From assembly GCA_028285305.1 (NCBI GenBank), contig JANQPV010000037.1, positions 4,724-68,723 of the forward strand: a stretch of DNA of 64,000 bases. The letters are read 5' to 3'. Position numbers and translations under genes: made by a program. Source of the stretch: Alphaproteobacteria bacterium (GTDB taxonomy: Bacteria > Pseudomonadota > Alphaproteobacteria > SMXP01). Under the pieces are notes generated by a model. The model was not told the DNA's origin. It ran no database searches and saw only the letters and a program-made list of their open reading frames with translations. Every line of letters starts with the position of its first letter. Position 1 is the stretch's first letter. Positions 1-9,587 of the stretch are shown here, piece by piece.

Positions 1-776
1 AACGTTGCAAACAACAACAAGAAGAGCCCCAGCGCAAAACCGTCTTTGGCCGTATAATAGGGATGAAATGGCACCATATCTTGGTTGCCTTTGGGATCAA
101 TTCCCTTGGGATTATTGTTGCCCGGCACATGCAGCGCCCAAATATGCAATGCAACGACGGCGAAAATCACGAACGGGACCAAATAGTGAAGACTGAAAAA
201 GCGATTAAGAGTCGCGTTGTCGACGGAAAAACCACCCCAGAGCCATGTTCGGATACCTTCACCGACCCACGGTATAGCCGCGAACAAATTGGTGATCACC
301 GTTGCCGCCCAAAAACTCATCTGTCCCCAGGGAAGGACGTATCCCAAAAAGGCGGCGGCCATCATAAGCACGAAGATCACCACACCCAGGATCCAGAGTA
401 GCTCTCGAGGCTCCTTATACGAACCGTAGTAAAGCCCACGAAACATATGGATGTACACGGCCAAAAAGAACATGGATGCCCCGTTTGCATGGACATATTG
501 GATTAACCAACCGAACTGAACATCGCGCCTAATATGTTGCACACTGTCGAATGCGTGATCGACATGGGGCGTATAATGCATCGCTAGCACGATGCCCGTA
601 ACGATCATGATCACAAGGCAGAACGTTAAAATACCCCCGAAGGTCCACCAATAATTCAAGTTGACGGGTGTGGGATAATCGATGAACGAATCATGAGCCA
701 TCCGAACGACTGGTAGGCGCGAGTCGATCCAGCGCGTAAAACCATTGGTGGGTTCATATTTCGATTGATGGTCCAT
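1..776 (-). CDS. petB: Cytochrome b of the bc1 complex (runs off the window start)
   Basis: Not in the ORF track. Hand translation from ATG 776 gives [22 protein letters not shown]...[15 protein letters not shown]...[16 protein letters not shown]...[33 protein letters not shown], which are cytochrome b motifs. It lies directly downstream of the Rieske gene. Confidence 0.97.
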   Translation of the reverse strand, partial: MDHQSKYEPTNGFTRWIDSRLPVVRMAHDSFIDYPTPVNLNYWWTFGGILTFCLVIMIVTGIVLAMHYTPHVDHAFDSVQHIRRDVQFGWLIQYVHANGASMFFLAVYIHMFRGLYYGSYKEPRELLWILGVVIFVLMMAAAFLGYVLPWGQMSFWAATVITNLFAAIPWVGEGIRTWLWGGFSVDNATLNRFFSLHYLVPFVIFAVVALHIWALHVPGNNNPKGIDPKGNQDMVPFHPYYTAKDGFALGLFLLLFAT

Positions 777-825
777 CTTTAACCTATTCTAGCGCCTTAA
801 ATATTTGCTCGAGCTGCACACTCGA

Positions 826-1362
826 TTATCCAATCAGGATCTTCGTTTCCGACACGAACTGATAGGGAGGGATTTCGAGGTTCTTAGGGGCCGGCCCTTT
901 GCGGATCCGGCCTGACATATCGTAATGAGAACCGTGGCAGGGACAGAACCAACCTTGGAAGTCTCCGCTATTCGCCACCGGAACACATCCCAAATGCGTA
1001 CACACACCAAGAGCAACGAGCCATTCCGACTGTTGAACACGCTCTGCATCCCGCTGTGGATCTGGGAGCGCATCTACACTGACCGCTTCCATTTGTGCAA
1101 TCTGCTCCTCCGTCCGCCGACGAATAAAGACCGGCTTGCCTTGCCACAGAACCTTAATGACTTGGCCGACTTCAACCGGCGACAAATCAACTTCAATCGA
1201 CGCGAGCGCTTTCACGCTTTCCGCAGGATTCATTTGCATGACGAGAGGCCAGGCCACCGCCCCAACGCCCACACCGAACAATGATGCGGTTGCGATATGA
1301 AGAAAGTCCCGACGATGCACATCATCATCGTGATGACCGCCTGCGACAGTGTTTTCTGCCAT
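826..1362 (-). CDS. petA: Ubiquinol-cytochrome c reductase Rieske iron-sulfur subunit
   Basis: Tat signal RRDFL plus a TM helix; Rieske motifs CTHLGC and CPCHGSHYD; GPAPKNL. Confidence 0.98.
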   Translation of the reverse strand: MAENTVAGGHHDDDVHRRDFLHIATASLFGVGVGAVAWPLVMQMNPAESVKALASIEVDLSPVEVGQVIKVLWQGKPVFIRRRTEEQIAQMEAVSVDALPDPQRDAERVQQSEWLVALGVCTHLGCVPVANSGDFQGWFCPCHGSHYDMSGRIRKGPAPKNLEIPPYQFVSETKILIG

Positions 1363-1458
1363 GTGGTTTCCTTTCAGCAGCGACCGGCGACGACTCGCGG
1401 TGAGTGACAGCGTGGACTTATTGCACTTTACTTTTGAGTCTGTCTAGGGTTGCCCCAT

Positions 1459-1475
1459 TGCGGCACCGTGACGCA
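1459..1475. promoter_or_regulatory. Putative RegA/RegR/PrrA box upstream of petA
   Basis: TGCGGCACCGTGACGCA fits the GCGNC-N5-GNCGC imperfect palindrome and lies about 100 nt upstream of petA. Confidence 0.5.
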
Positions 1476-1550
1476 TAATTTTCGCGGGAATCCGGCCACT
1501 ACAGAAGCCGTTCACTCCCACTTGAGCCTAATATTTTGGACTTTCGAACA

Positions 1551-2429
1551 ATGTTTAAAGTGCGCATGAAGTCGCGCCTGACTATTCCGGGCGAAAGAGA
1601 CTGGAACGAAGACCGGTGCGATGGGTGGCAGTCGGACAATTTCGGACACGCCTGGGTGATCGATGGGGCAACCGGGCTAGTGGCCAAACAATACATCGAG
1701 GGCGCACGAAGCGATGCATCCTGGCTTGCAGATGCTCTACAGGAGCACTTGCGACGACAAGATCCAAGCAACCGGGCACTCCCCAATTTCCAAGAGATCC
1801 TGGCCTCGCTTCACTGCGCATACGCGTGCCGGACAAAAAACAAACAAGTCCCCGATTTCGCTCTTCCTTCAGCGGCGGCGATGTATGTGCGATGGAACGC
1901 CAATCCCACTCCAAAACTTGAGTTCAGTCACCTTGGGGACTGCTCAGCCGTCATCGCTTGGGCAGACGGGAGCATGCAACTCATAGGATCGCTGGCACAC
2001 GGAGTATGGGAATCACATCTCAATGCCAAGATCGCAGATCTCAATGAGAACGGACGCGACTTTTCGCGGCCCCTCATAGATCAGTTACGTGAAACCGTCG
2101 TGGCGAACCGTCAACGGATGAACCAGCCCGATGGATATTGGATTTTTGGAACGGACGCCCGGGCCGCGGAACATATCCAACAGGAAACTGTGACGGTGGG
2201 ATCAACAGGCCAAATCTTGATGATGACGGACGGATTTTGCAGACTTATTGATCCGTTTCAGTGTTACTCCCCAGCCGGCCTCGTGGAGACCGCGCAAACA
2301 AAAGGGCTTGAAGCGCTCATGCATGAGCTAAGGGAGGTCGAAAACGACGACCAACTGTGTATTCGGTTTCCGCGTATCAAACCTTATGACGATGCGGCAG
2401 CGCTTCTACTCTCAATTGGTCCTGCCTAG
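1551..2429 (+). CDS. PP2C-like (PP2C_2) protein phosphatase family protein
   Basis: Motifs NEDR, VIDGATG, LGDC, MTDGF and YDDAAAL. Start uncertain (TTG 1536 or ATG 1551). Confidence 0.8.
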   Translation: MFKVRMKSRLTIPGERDWNEDRCDGWQSDNFGHAWVIDGATGLVAKQYIEGARSDASWLADALQEHLRRQDPSNRALPNFQEILASLHCAYACRTKNKQVPDFALPSAAAMYVRWNANPTPKLEFSHLGDCSAVIAWADGSMQLIGSLAHGVWESHLNAKIADLNENGRDFSRPLIDQLRETVVANRQRMNQPDGYWIFGTDARAAEHIQQETVTVGSTGQILMMTDGFCRLIDPFQCYSPAGLVETAQTKGLEALMHELREVENDDQLCIRFPRIKPYDDAAALLLSIGPA

Positions 2430-2446
2430 GGGTGGAACGAAGAACC

Positions 2447-2914
2447 ATGCGCCTAGCGCTCTATCAACCCGATATCCCGCAAAACACTGGAGCACTTATT
2501 CGGCTGGCCGCCTGCTTTAACGTGCCGATCGAAATCATCGAGCCCTGCGGCTTTCCGCTTTCTGACCGGTCCTTAAAGCGCTCGGCCATGGACTATGCAG
2601 AACAGGCCAACGTCATTTTTCGGCAGAGTTGGGATGCGTTTCGGGATGAAGCGCGCTCCAACAATCGCCGTTTGGTTCTTCTCACCACCCAAGGTGACCA
2701 CTTATTTCATCAGATCTCGTACACACCCGGTGACATACTGCTCACTGGGCGGGAAAGCGCCGGTGTTCCAGACGACGTTCACAGGGCTGCAGATCTTCGA
2801 GTCAAAATCCCGATGGCACCAAAGCGAAGATCGTTGAACGTCGCCATGGCAGGTGCCATCGTGCTCGCCGAAGCATTGCGCCAAACGAGCGGCTGGCCGC
2901 CGGACACGGAGTAA
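2447..2914 (+). CDS. trmL: tRNA (cytidine/uridine-34-2'-O)-methyltransferase, SPOUT family
   Basis: Motifs LYQPDIPQNTG, IEPCGF, RSAMDY, GRESAGVP, RSLNVA. Confidence 0.93.
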   Translation: MRLALYQPDIPQNTGALIRLAACFNVPIEIIEPCGFPLSDRSLKRSAMDYAEQANVIFRQSWDAFRDEARSNNRRLVLLTTQGDHLFHQISYTPGDILLTGRESAGVPDDVHRAADLRVKIPMAPKRRSLNVAMAGAIVLAEALRQTSGWPPDTE

Positions 2915-2926
2915 CGGGAGGAAACC

Positions 2927-4354
2927 ATGGGAACAATTGCTGAGTACGATAACTATGATGGCCTGGGACTGGCACAATTGGTCGAAAACAAAGAGGTCAC
3001 CCCATCTGAGTTGCTCGAAACTGCGATTGCGCGCGCCGACAAAGTCAACCCTGAGATAAATGCCATTACCCAGCGATTTGATGACTTGGCCAAAAAAGCG
3101 ATCGATAAGGGTCTCCCTTCCGGCCCCTTCGCCGGTGTTCCTTTTCTCCTGAAGGACCTACACCTGCTCTTAAAGGGCACGATCACGACAAGCGGATGCC
3201 GTTTGTTCACAGATAATATCGGCGATCACAATAGTACCTTGGTTGACCGATACTTAAAGGCGGGTTTCGTAATCTTCGGCAAGACCAACACACCCGAATT
3301 CGGACTCACCGTCACCACCGAACCACAACTCTTTGGTCCAACCCGAAATCCGTGGAGCACAGAACATTCCCCAGGCGGATCAAGCGGCGGCGCAGCGGCC
3401 GCAGTTGCGGCCGGCATCGTGCCGATCGCCCACGCCAGTGATGGCGGAGGCTCGGTTCGGCTTCCCGCATCTGCCTGTGGATTATTCGGCCTCAAACCTT
3501 CTCGCGGACGCATTCCCGCAGGTCCCGATCGCGGCGAAGGCTGGCATGGGTGTTCAATCAACAACGTGGTTTCACGATCGGTTCGAGACACTGCAGCCGT
3601 GTTGGACGCGACCGCCGGACCAGAAGCCGGAGAACCTTACTCCGCTCCCCATAAGGAAGGGACGTTCTTGACGGCATTAACGCAAGCACCTGGCCCATTG
3701 CGGATTGCAATTTCCACTCAATCTCCAATCGGCACCAACGTCCACGACGATTGTATCCAAGCCGTCCAACAAGCTGCTAAACTGTGCGAAGATCTCGGCC
3801 ACACGATCGAAGAGGCGATGCCACCCCTTGATGGCGCCGCATTGTCTCAGGCGCTCGGAACGATCATCGGGGTGGATGTCGCCTCGCGACTCGACCAAGT
3901 GGCCGCGGACCGGGGACGCGACATCTCAGACGATGAAGTTGAACTGGTCACTTGGCGCATGGCGCAAAACGGGCGCGAAGCGTCCGGCGTCGACCTTTTG
4001 CGCGCCACCCAGTGCATGCACCAAGCAAGTCACCAAATGGCGCGTTTTTTCGAAGCCTATGATCTCGTGTTGGAACCGACATTCGGCCAGCCACCTGTTC
4101 CGCTTGGCACCATCAACACGATGGATCAGGACACCGGAAAGTACATATCAACCCTACTCGAAGCTTCGCCGTTTACGTCTCGTTATAACTTAACCGGTCT
4201 GCCCTCCATGTCCGTGCCTCTGTCCTGGAACGCCGATGGATTGCCGATCGGCGTGATGTTCACCGGCCAATTTGGCGACGACGCCCGCTTGCTTCAGCTC
4301 GCACGGCAGTTGGAGGATGCGCGTCCTTGGTTCAACCGCCGCCCAAGCTTGTGA
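2927..4354 (+). CDS. Amidase (amidase signature family)
   Basis: Motifs GVPFLLKDL, GKTNTPEFG, GGSSGG, SDGGGSVRLPAS, GLKPSRGR. Confidence 0.95.
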   Translation: MGTIAEYDNYDGLGLAQLVENKEVTPSELLETAIARADKVNPEINAITQRFDDLAKKAIDKGLPSGPFAGVPFLLKDLHLLLKGTITTSGCRLFTDNIGDHNSTLVDRYLKAGFVIFGKTNTPEFGLTVTTEPQLFGPTRNPWSTEHSPGGSSGGAAAAVAAGIVPIAHASDGGGSVRLPASACGLFGLKPSRGRIPAGPDRGEGWHGCSINNVVSRSVRDTAAVLDATAGPEAGEPYSAPHKEGTFLTALTQAPGPLRIAISTQSPIGTNVHDDCIQAVQQAAKLCEDLGHTIEEAMPPLDGAALSQALGTIIGVDVASRLDQVAADRGRDISDDEVELVTWRMAQNGREASGVDLLRATQCMHQASHQMARFFEAYDLVLEPTFGQPPVPLGTINTMDQDTGKYISTLLEASPFTSRYNLTGLPSMSVPLSWNADGLPIGVMFTGQFGDDARLLQLARQLEDARPWFNRRPSL

Positions 4355-4463
4355 GTGAGGCGGTGTCAGACCGGCGAAAGTTAACGCTTATAATTTGAGC
4401 AACGGGGTTCACCAATCCCTAAGCGGTGCCATGGATAATGCAACGCTGAAACAAAGCTCATGT

Positions 4464-4480
4464 TGAATCAATTGTTAACC
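4464..4480 (+). promoter_or_regulatory. Putative CtrA box
   Basis: TGAA-TCAATTG-TTAACC against the consensus TTAA-N7-TTAAC, directly before ATG 4482. A weaker inverted match lies near 4406-4422. Confidence 0.4.
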
Positions 4481-4481
4481 A

Positions 4482-5135
4482 ATGGCGCTCTTTGGAAAAC
4501 CGATGTTTGGGAGGAAAACGGCCGACGAAGAGACCGTGGTCGAAGACGCGGCCGAAGAATTAGAATATGTCCCGTCCGAGCCGCTCAAACGGGTTCTGCG
4601 CGACCGATATCAGCCAGGCATAGCCGAACTTAATCGGCAAAAGGACATGGCAGAACAAGCCATTGGATGTTTCACGAAAGCCACCGAAGCCATCCAATCA
4701 ATCCGCCCTCTGATCAAAGAGAGCAAAGCGATTGCAATAACCGCGCGCCAGATTCGCTCTGCGGAAAAAAAGGAATTCCTAGCAGATCGATACTCAGGCA
4801 TCAGGGCGAAAATCGATAAAGCGGCAAAATCCGCAATCTACAAGGACGTTAATCTCGTTGATGGGAGCGGAGCTCGGCTCAGCCTCGGCGCCTCGTCTCA
4901 CTACAGCGCAAACTTGAACATCTCTTCAATCAATCTGACAACAGAACGAAAAGGGTTGGCTTTACCCCCGGTAAGGTTTCAATTCTCCGAAGCAGTTGAA
5001 ATCGAAGATATCGTGACGTGTGCCGCGCAAGCCGAAACATACCTTGATTGGGCCGAAGACTTGCTCTGCCAAGAAGCTCAGATGGTGGCGAGCCGACTTT
5101 CCGAAGTCGTCAAGCTCGTCAAGCTTAATTCGTAA
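4482..5135 (+). CDS. Flagellin-like protein (D1 core only, D0 ends absent)
   Basis: A helical segment ending RAKIDKAAKSAIYKDVNLVDG resembles the flagellin ND1b/hairpin motif (ID..A..A.(F/Y)NG.NLL.G). A C-terminal helix ends at MVASRL... Confidence 0.6.
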   Translation: MALFGKPMFGRKTADEETVVEDAAEELEYVPSEPLKRVLRDRYQPGIAELNRQKDMAEQAIGCFTKATEAIQSIRPLIKESKAIAITARQIRSAEKKEFLADRYSGIRAKIDKAAKSAIYKDVNLVDGSGARLSLGASSHYSANLNISSINLTTERKGLALPPVRFQFSEAVEIEDIVTCAAQAETYLDWAEDLLCQEAQMVASRLSEVVKLVKLNS

Positions 5136-5331
5136 GAAGAACAACTCTGTTCATTGAGACAGGACGAAGGAAACCAAGATTCCCTGCATTTCTCAACCAT
5201 TTAGAGAATTTTCCAAGGGCTCCGTTTCCACAAGTTTCGATTTTTCTTCAAAAATTGAACGATTGACACAAGATACTTACGGGCTAGTCTGACCAACGAG
5301 TTGGGCTACACACGCAGTTGCGGATCTCCAC

Positions 5332-5823
5332 ATGGATTTTGACTTTAACTATCAAGAAATGATGCAGGACGCCCTCCTTTACGGCATTGTTAAGGGCGCG
5401 TTGGCGAAAGTTGCAGCCGATGGACTACCGGGCGATCATCACTTTTATATCGTAGTTAGAACTGACTATCCCGGTGCGCAACTTTCAGAGGAATTGAGGC
5501 GGCAGTACCCTGAAGAGATTGTGATTGTTTTGCAGCACCGGTTTTGGAATCTGCGTGTTGAAGAAGATTTTTTTGAGGTCGATTTGACCTTTAACGATGT
5601 ACCGCAACGATTGAAAGTTCCCTTTAAAGCAGTAAAGGGCTTTTTCGACCCAAGTGTCGAATTCGGCCTCCAGTTCGACGTCAACCCTCGCGAGGGCCGC
5701 GATGTTGTGGCAGCGGAGGTTGGCGGCTTGGCTCCAAGCGTCGCGAACTCGGAACCGGACTCTGAAGAAGCAGATGCGGTACGCGGACAAATTGTCAGCT
5801 TGGACGCCTTCCGGAAAAACTAA
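5332..5823 (+). CDS. sspB: ClpXP adaptor SspB, alphaproteobacterial type
   Basis: Motifs GLPGDHHFYI, YPEEIVIVLQHRFW, FFDPSVEFGLQF, and the C-terminal ClpX-binding tail IVSLDAFRKN. Confidence 0.95.
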   Translation: MDFDFNYQEMMQDALLYGIVKGALAKVAADGLPGDHHFYIVVRTDYPGAQLSEELRRQYPEEIVIVLQHRFWNLRVEEDFFEVDLTFNDVPQRLKVPFKAVKGFFDPSVEFGLQFDVNPREGRDVVAAEVGGLAPSVANSEPDSEEADAVRGQIVSLDAFRKN

Positions 5824-5848
5824 CCCCCTCTTTGTTCCCCCACATCTT

Positions 5849-6307
5849 ATGCCGCAGCAAACCGAACGGCCCGAACCAAGCAAGTCGGACACCGAAGTCT
5901 TAGAGATTATGAAACGCACCAAGAATTGGCCGCCGTGTGCGCAGGTTCTGGGCATCAATGTCTTGGAGGTCAATCAAGCGGAAGGCCGCCTCGTTGCGGA
6001 GTTCGATGCAAAGCCCGAATTCTGCAATCCACTCGGCATCATTCAAGGCGGGTTTTTATCGGCGATGTTGGATGAAACGATCTCTCTGACCGGTGTCACC
6101 TATTCAGGCCGCCAAAGCACCGTCCCCACGTTGGAGATGAAAGTGAGCTTTCTAAAAGCTGCAAAACCCGGAAAGCTGAAGGTAGAGGCAAAAGTCGTCC
6201 GTTTTGGCAAAACAGTCGCCTTCTTGGAAGGCGCCCTCTTCAATGCTGAAAATGAACTCATCGCAACGGCAACCTCCACTGCGAGAGTCGTTCCTTTTCC
6301 CAAATAG
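5849..6307 (+). CDS. PaaI family hotdog-fold thioesterase
   Basis: Motifs NPLGIIQGGFLSAMLD, TLEMKVSFL, ATATST. Start moved to ATG 5849 to avoid overlap with sspB. Confidence 0.88.
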   Translation: MPQQTERPEPSKSDTEVLEIMKRTKNWPPCAQVLGINVLEVNQAEGRLVAEFDAKPEFCNPLGIIQGGFLSAMLDETISLTGVTYSGRQSTVPTLEMKVSFLKAAKPGKLKVEAKVVRFGKTVAFLEGALFNAENELIATATSTARVVPFPK

Positions 6308-6409
6308 CGTCAGATCTACACCGCGCTCCGTCCCGGCGCAAAGGTGACTTGCCTCGCTCACGCCCCATGTTAAACCAAGGGCACGGTCACAATCAGCCGA
6401 GAGAGAATC

Positions 6410-7807
6410 ATGTCACGTCCCACCCGCCAAGAAACCGATTCATTTGGGCCACTCGACGTCCCCAGCGACAAGTATTGGGGCGCCCAGACACAACGCTCTC
6501 TTCAGAATTTCGATATCGGGGGCGAGACCATGCCGCCTCCCCTTATTCGCGCACTCGGGATTGTCAAACGCAGTGCCGCCCTCACCAACATCAAACTTGA
6601 TAATCTTGAAACGGAAATTGGTAATGCGATTGCCCAAGCCGCGCTTGAAGTAGCGGACGGCAAACTCAACGATCACTTTCCATTGGTCGTTTGGCAAACA
6701 GGGTCAGGCACCCAATCGAACATGAACGCCAATGAGGTCATCTCCAATCGGGCAATCGAGATGTTGGGCGGCGAAATGGGCTCCAAGTCGCCCGTCCATC
6801 CCAATGATCATTGCAATCGGAGCCAATCCTCGAACGATACGTTCCCAACGGCCATGCACATAGCCGCAGCAGAAGAAGTGAGCCACCACCTCATCCCGGC
6901 TCTTCAGAAGTTGAGGAATGCACTCAAGGATAAATCCACAGAGTTTGAAAGTGTGATCAAAATAGGCCGCACGCATCTTCAAGACGCGACGCCCCTAACA
7001 CTTGGACAAGAGTTCTCCGGGTACGTCGCAATGCTGGACAAGAGCATTAAGCGGATCGAAAGCGCCCTTCCCGCCCTCTTAGAGCTCGCCCAAGGAGGCA
7101 CCGCAGTGGGCACGGGGCTCAACAGCAAAAAGGGCTTTGCCGAAGGGTTCGCTCAAGAAGTCGCTGAATTCACGAAGTTGAATTTTGTGACGGCTCCGAA
7201 CAAATTCGAAGCGCTCGCCACACATGACGGCATGGTCGAGGCGCACAACAACTTGAATTCCATAGCGGTCAGTCTTTTTAAGATCGCAAATGATATCCGG
7301 CTCCTCGGCTCAGGGCCGCGTTCCGGAATCTCGGAACTCAGATTACCCGAGAACGAGCCCGGCTCCTCAATTATGCCCGGCAAAGTCAATCCCACCCAGT
7401 GTGAGGCCCTGACGATGGTGTGTGCTCAGGTCATGGGCAACCAAACCGCCGTTTCAGTTGCCGGATCACAAGGACATTTCGAGCTTAATGTCTTTAAGCC
7501 GGTCATCGCATACAACGTCCTCCAATCGATTAAGCTTCTCGGTGATGCGGCAATTTCGTTCACAGACAAATGCGTCGTTGGCATTGAAGCAAATCTTGAG
7601 CGCATCGACGAGCTCATGCAGCGATCTTTGATGCTGGTGACGGCACTGGCTCCAAAGATAGGCTATGATAATGCAACGACGGTCGCTAAAACGGCGCATA
7701 AGAACGGCACAACCTTGCGAGAAGAAGCAACGAAACTCGGTTTCGTCACTGAGGAAGAGTTCGATGCAATCGTCCGCCCTGAGAATATGATCGGGCCTTC
7801 GTCTTAA
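6410..7807 (+). CDS. fumC: Class II fumarate hydratase
   Basis: Motifs [30 protein letters not shown] and the signature [11 protein letters not shown]. Confidence 0.99.
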   Translation: MSRPTRQETDSFGPLDVPSDKYWGAQTQRSLQNFDIGGETMPPPLIRALGIVKRSAALTNIKLDNLETEIGNAIAQAALEVADGKLNDHFPLVVWQTGSGTQSNMNANEVISNRAIEMLGGEMGSKSPVHPNDHCNRSQSSNDTFPTAMHIAAAEEVSHHLIPALQKLRNALKDKSTEFESVIKIGRTHLQDATPLTLGQEFSGYVAMLDKSIKRIESALPALLELAQGGTAVGTGLNSKKGFAEGFAQEVAEFTKLNFVTAPNKFEALATHDGMVEAHNNLNSIAVSLFKIANDIRLLGSGPRSGISELRLPENEPGSSIMPGKVNPTQCEALTMVCAQVMGNQTAVSVAGSQGHFELNVFKPVIAYNVLQSIKLLGDAAISFTDKCVVGIEANLERIDELMQRSLMLVTALAPKIGYDNATTVAKTAHKNGTTLREEATKLGFVTEEEFDAIVRPENMIGPSS

Positions 7808-7831
7808 GCCGATCCTCACACAGGCCAGATC

Positions 7832-8071
7832 TTGTCGTTAATCCGCAAATCCTTGAGACTGGATGGTCACCCCACAAGCGTTTCTTTGGAACAAGAGTTT
7901 TGGGATGCTCTAGCGGACATCGCCGCGAGGCGGAAACTAAAGATAACCGAGCTCATTTCCGAGATCGATCACAAACGCTCAGAGCGGCCGAATTCGGGCT
8001 CGCTCGCGAGTGCGTTAAGACTTTACACCCTTCAATACTTCCGCAAATGCAACACTCTTGGAGATATTTAA
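7832..8071 (+). CDS. Ribbon-helix-helix (RHH_4) protein
   Basis: KSLRLDGHPTSVSLEQEFWDAL...LASALRL pattern; this gene is commonly next to fumC in Alphaproteobacteria. Confidence 0.88.
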   Translation: MSLIRKSLRLDGHPTSVSLEQEFWDALADIAARRKLKITELISEIDHKRSERPNSGSLASALRLYTLQYFRKCNTLGDI

Positions 8072-8164
8072 TCCAGAAGTCAGCAAACGGCCCTTTGAGC
8101 GGTAGAAAATGGCCACAATTTGTGACAAAGATGATTCGTGGTTGACTAGGAGGGAGGTGTGGAT

Positions 8165-8377
8165 ATGGCTGATGTCATAAACTTGAACCACTACCGCAAA
8201 GCTAAGCGCCACGCTGAAAAGGAACAAAAAGCTTCGGAAAACCGTGCAAAATTTGGGCGGGCACAATTCGAGAAACTCAAACACAGATCCCAAGAGGCTC
8301 TCGATGAAGGACGTTTCCTAGGTCATAGTCTAAAAGAAGATGACCAACCAGCAAGTGACGAGAAGTGCGATAGCTAG
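8165..8377 (+). CDS. DUF4169 family protein
   Basis: MADVINLNHYRKAKRH...ENRAKFGR; strong RBS (GGAGGGAGG). Confidence 0.85.
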   Translation: MADVINLNHYRKAKRHAEKEQKASENRAKFGRAQFEKLKHRSQEALDEGRFLGHSLKEDDQPASDEKCDS

Positions 8378-8395
8378 GTGAGTAACGTGCGGTAA

Positions 8396-9580
8396 ATGGT
8401 GGGGGACTTTGACCAAAATGCGGCACGCGGACCTTTAGACGGACTTATCGTCGTTGATCTGACCCGAGTTCTTGCGGGTCCTTATTGCACACTCATCTTG
8501 TACGATCTTGGGGCACGCATCATCAAAATTGAGCGTCCCGAAATTGGCGATGACTCGCGCCATATAGGACCCTTTATCCAGGACAAGTCGGCTTACTTCA
8601 TGTCCCTTAACCGGGGCAAAGAGTCAATCGCGCTGGATCTCAAGGATCCGACCGATAAGGAAACATTTGAAAAGATCCTGTCTCGGGCGGACGTCTTGGT
8701 GGAGAATTATCGTCCGGGTACCATGGAAAAGCTGGGACTGGGGTGGGATGTCTTGCATGACAAATTTCCCCGCCTCATATACGCTGCGGCGAGTGGGTTT
8801 GGCCACACTGGTCCGTATGCCGAAAAACCTGCCTATGACATGGTCGTTCAAGCCATGGGTGGGATTATGAGCCTGACCGGAAAGCCGGGCGACGGACCTG
8901 TGCGTGTCGGCTCGTCGATTGGTGATTTGGCGGCAGGCATGTTCACGGCCATTGGTGTTCAAAGTGCCCTCATCCATCTTCAGAAAACCGGCGAAGGCTC
9001 GAAAGTCGATGTCTCGATGCTCGACTGCCAAGTGGCTCTGCTCGAAAACGCGATCGCACGCTTTTACGCAACGGGAACCGTACCGGGCCCCCTAGGCTCC
9101 AGGCACCCTTCGATCACCCCTTTTCAAGCTTTTCGAACGTCGGATGATCCCATCGTGATCGCCGCGGGAAACGACAGCCTCTTCCGCCGTCTGTGCGAAA
9201 CGGTAGGGGCCTCCCAATTGACCGCGGACAGCAAGTATGGGTCAAACGCGCTTCGCTGTGAAAATGTCGATGCCCTAGAAGGCGACCTTGAGACTTTTTT
9301 GACCAAACGCCCCGCGAGCGAGTGGTTACCCATGCTGGAAGAAGCCGGCGTGCCGTGCGGCCCGATCAACTCCGTAGACAAGGTCCTTTCCGATCCTCAA
9401 GTCCTTGCACGGAACATGGTTGTCTATGCCGAGGATCCCGAAGTTGGCTCGTTGGGTATGGCCGGCAATCCAATCAAACACTCACCGTACAATGACGGTA
9501 CGACGCGCCCGCCGGCACCAGACTTGGACGCCGACCGAGACACGGTACTGGCATCCTTAGGCATCGAGCCCGAAACCTAA
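8396..9580 (+). CDS. CaiB/BaiF family III CoA-transferase
   Basis: Motifs DLTRVLAGP, IKIERP..GDDSR, NRGKESIALDLK, ENYRPG, AYD. Confidence 0.95.
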   Translation: MVGDFDQNAARGPLDGLIVVDLTRVLAGPYCTLILYDLGARIIKIERPEIGDDSRHIGPFIQDKSAYFMSLNRGKESIALDLKDPTDKETFEKILSRADVLVENYRPGTMEKLGLGWDVLHDKFPRLIYAAASGFGHTGPYAEKPAYDMVVQAMGGIMSLTGKPGDGPVRVGSSIGDLAAGMFTAIGVQSALIHLQKTGEGSKVDVSMLDCQVALLENAIARFYATGTVPGPLGSRHPSITPFQAFRTSDDPIVIAAGNDSLFRRLCETVGASQLTADSKYGSNALRCENVDALEGDLETFLTKRPASEWLPMLEEAGVPCGPINSVDKVLSDPQVLARNMVVYAEDPEVGSLGMAGNPIKHSPYNDGTTRPPAPDLDADRDTVLASLGIEPET

Positions 9581-9587
9581 ACCGGTC

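Noticed and set aside
5-429. Plus-strand ORFs at the window start
   Set aside because: They are antisense to petB, which is clearly encoded on the minus strand.
5136-5331. Possible two-piece tmRNA upstream of sspB, a common alphaproteobacterial location
   Set aside because: The gap is only about 195 nt and shows no tRNA-like ends or ANDN-type tag reading frame.
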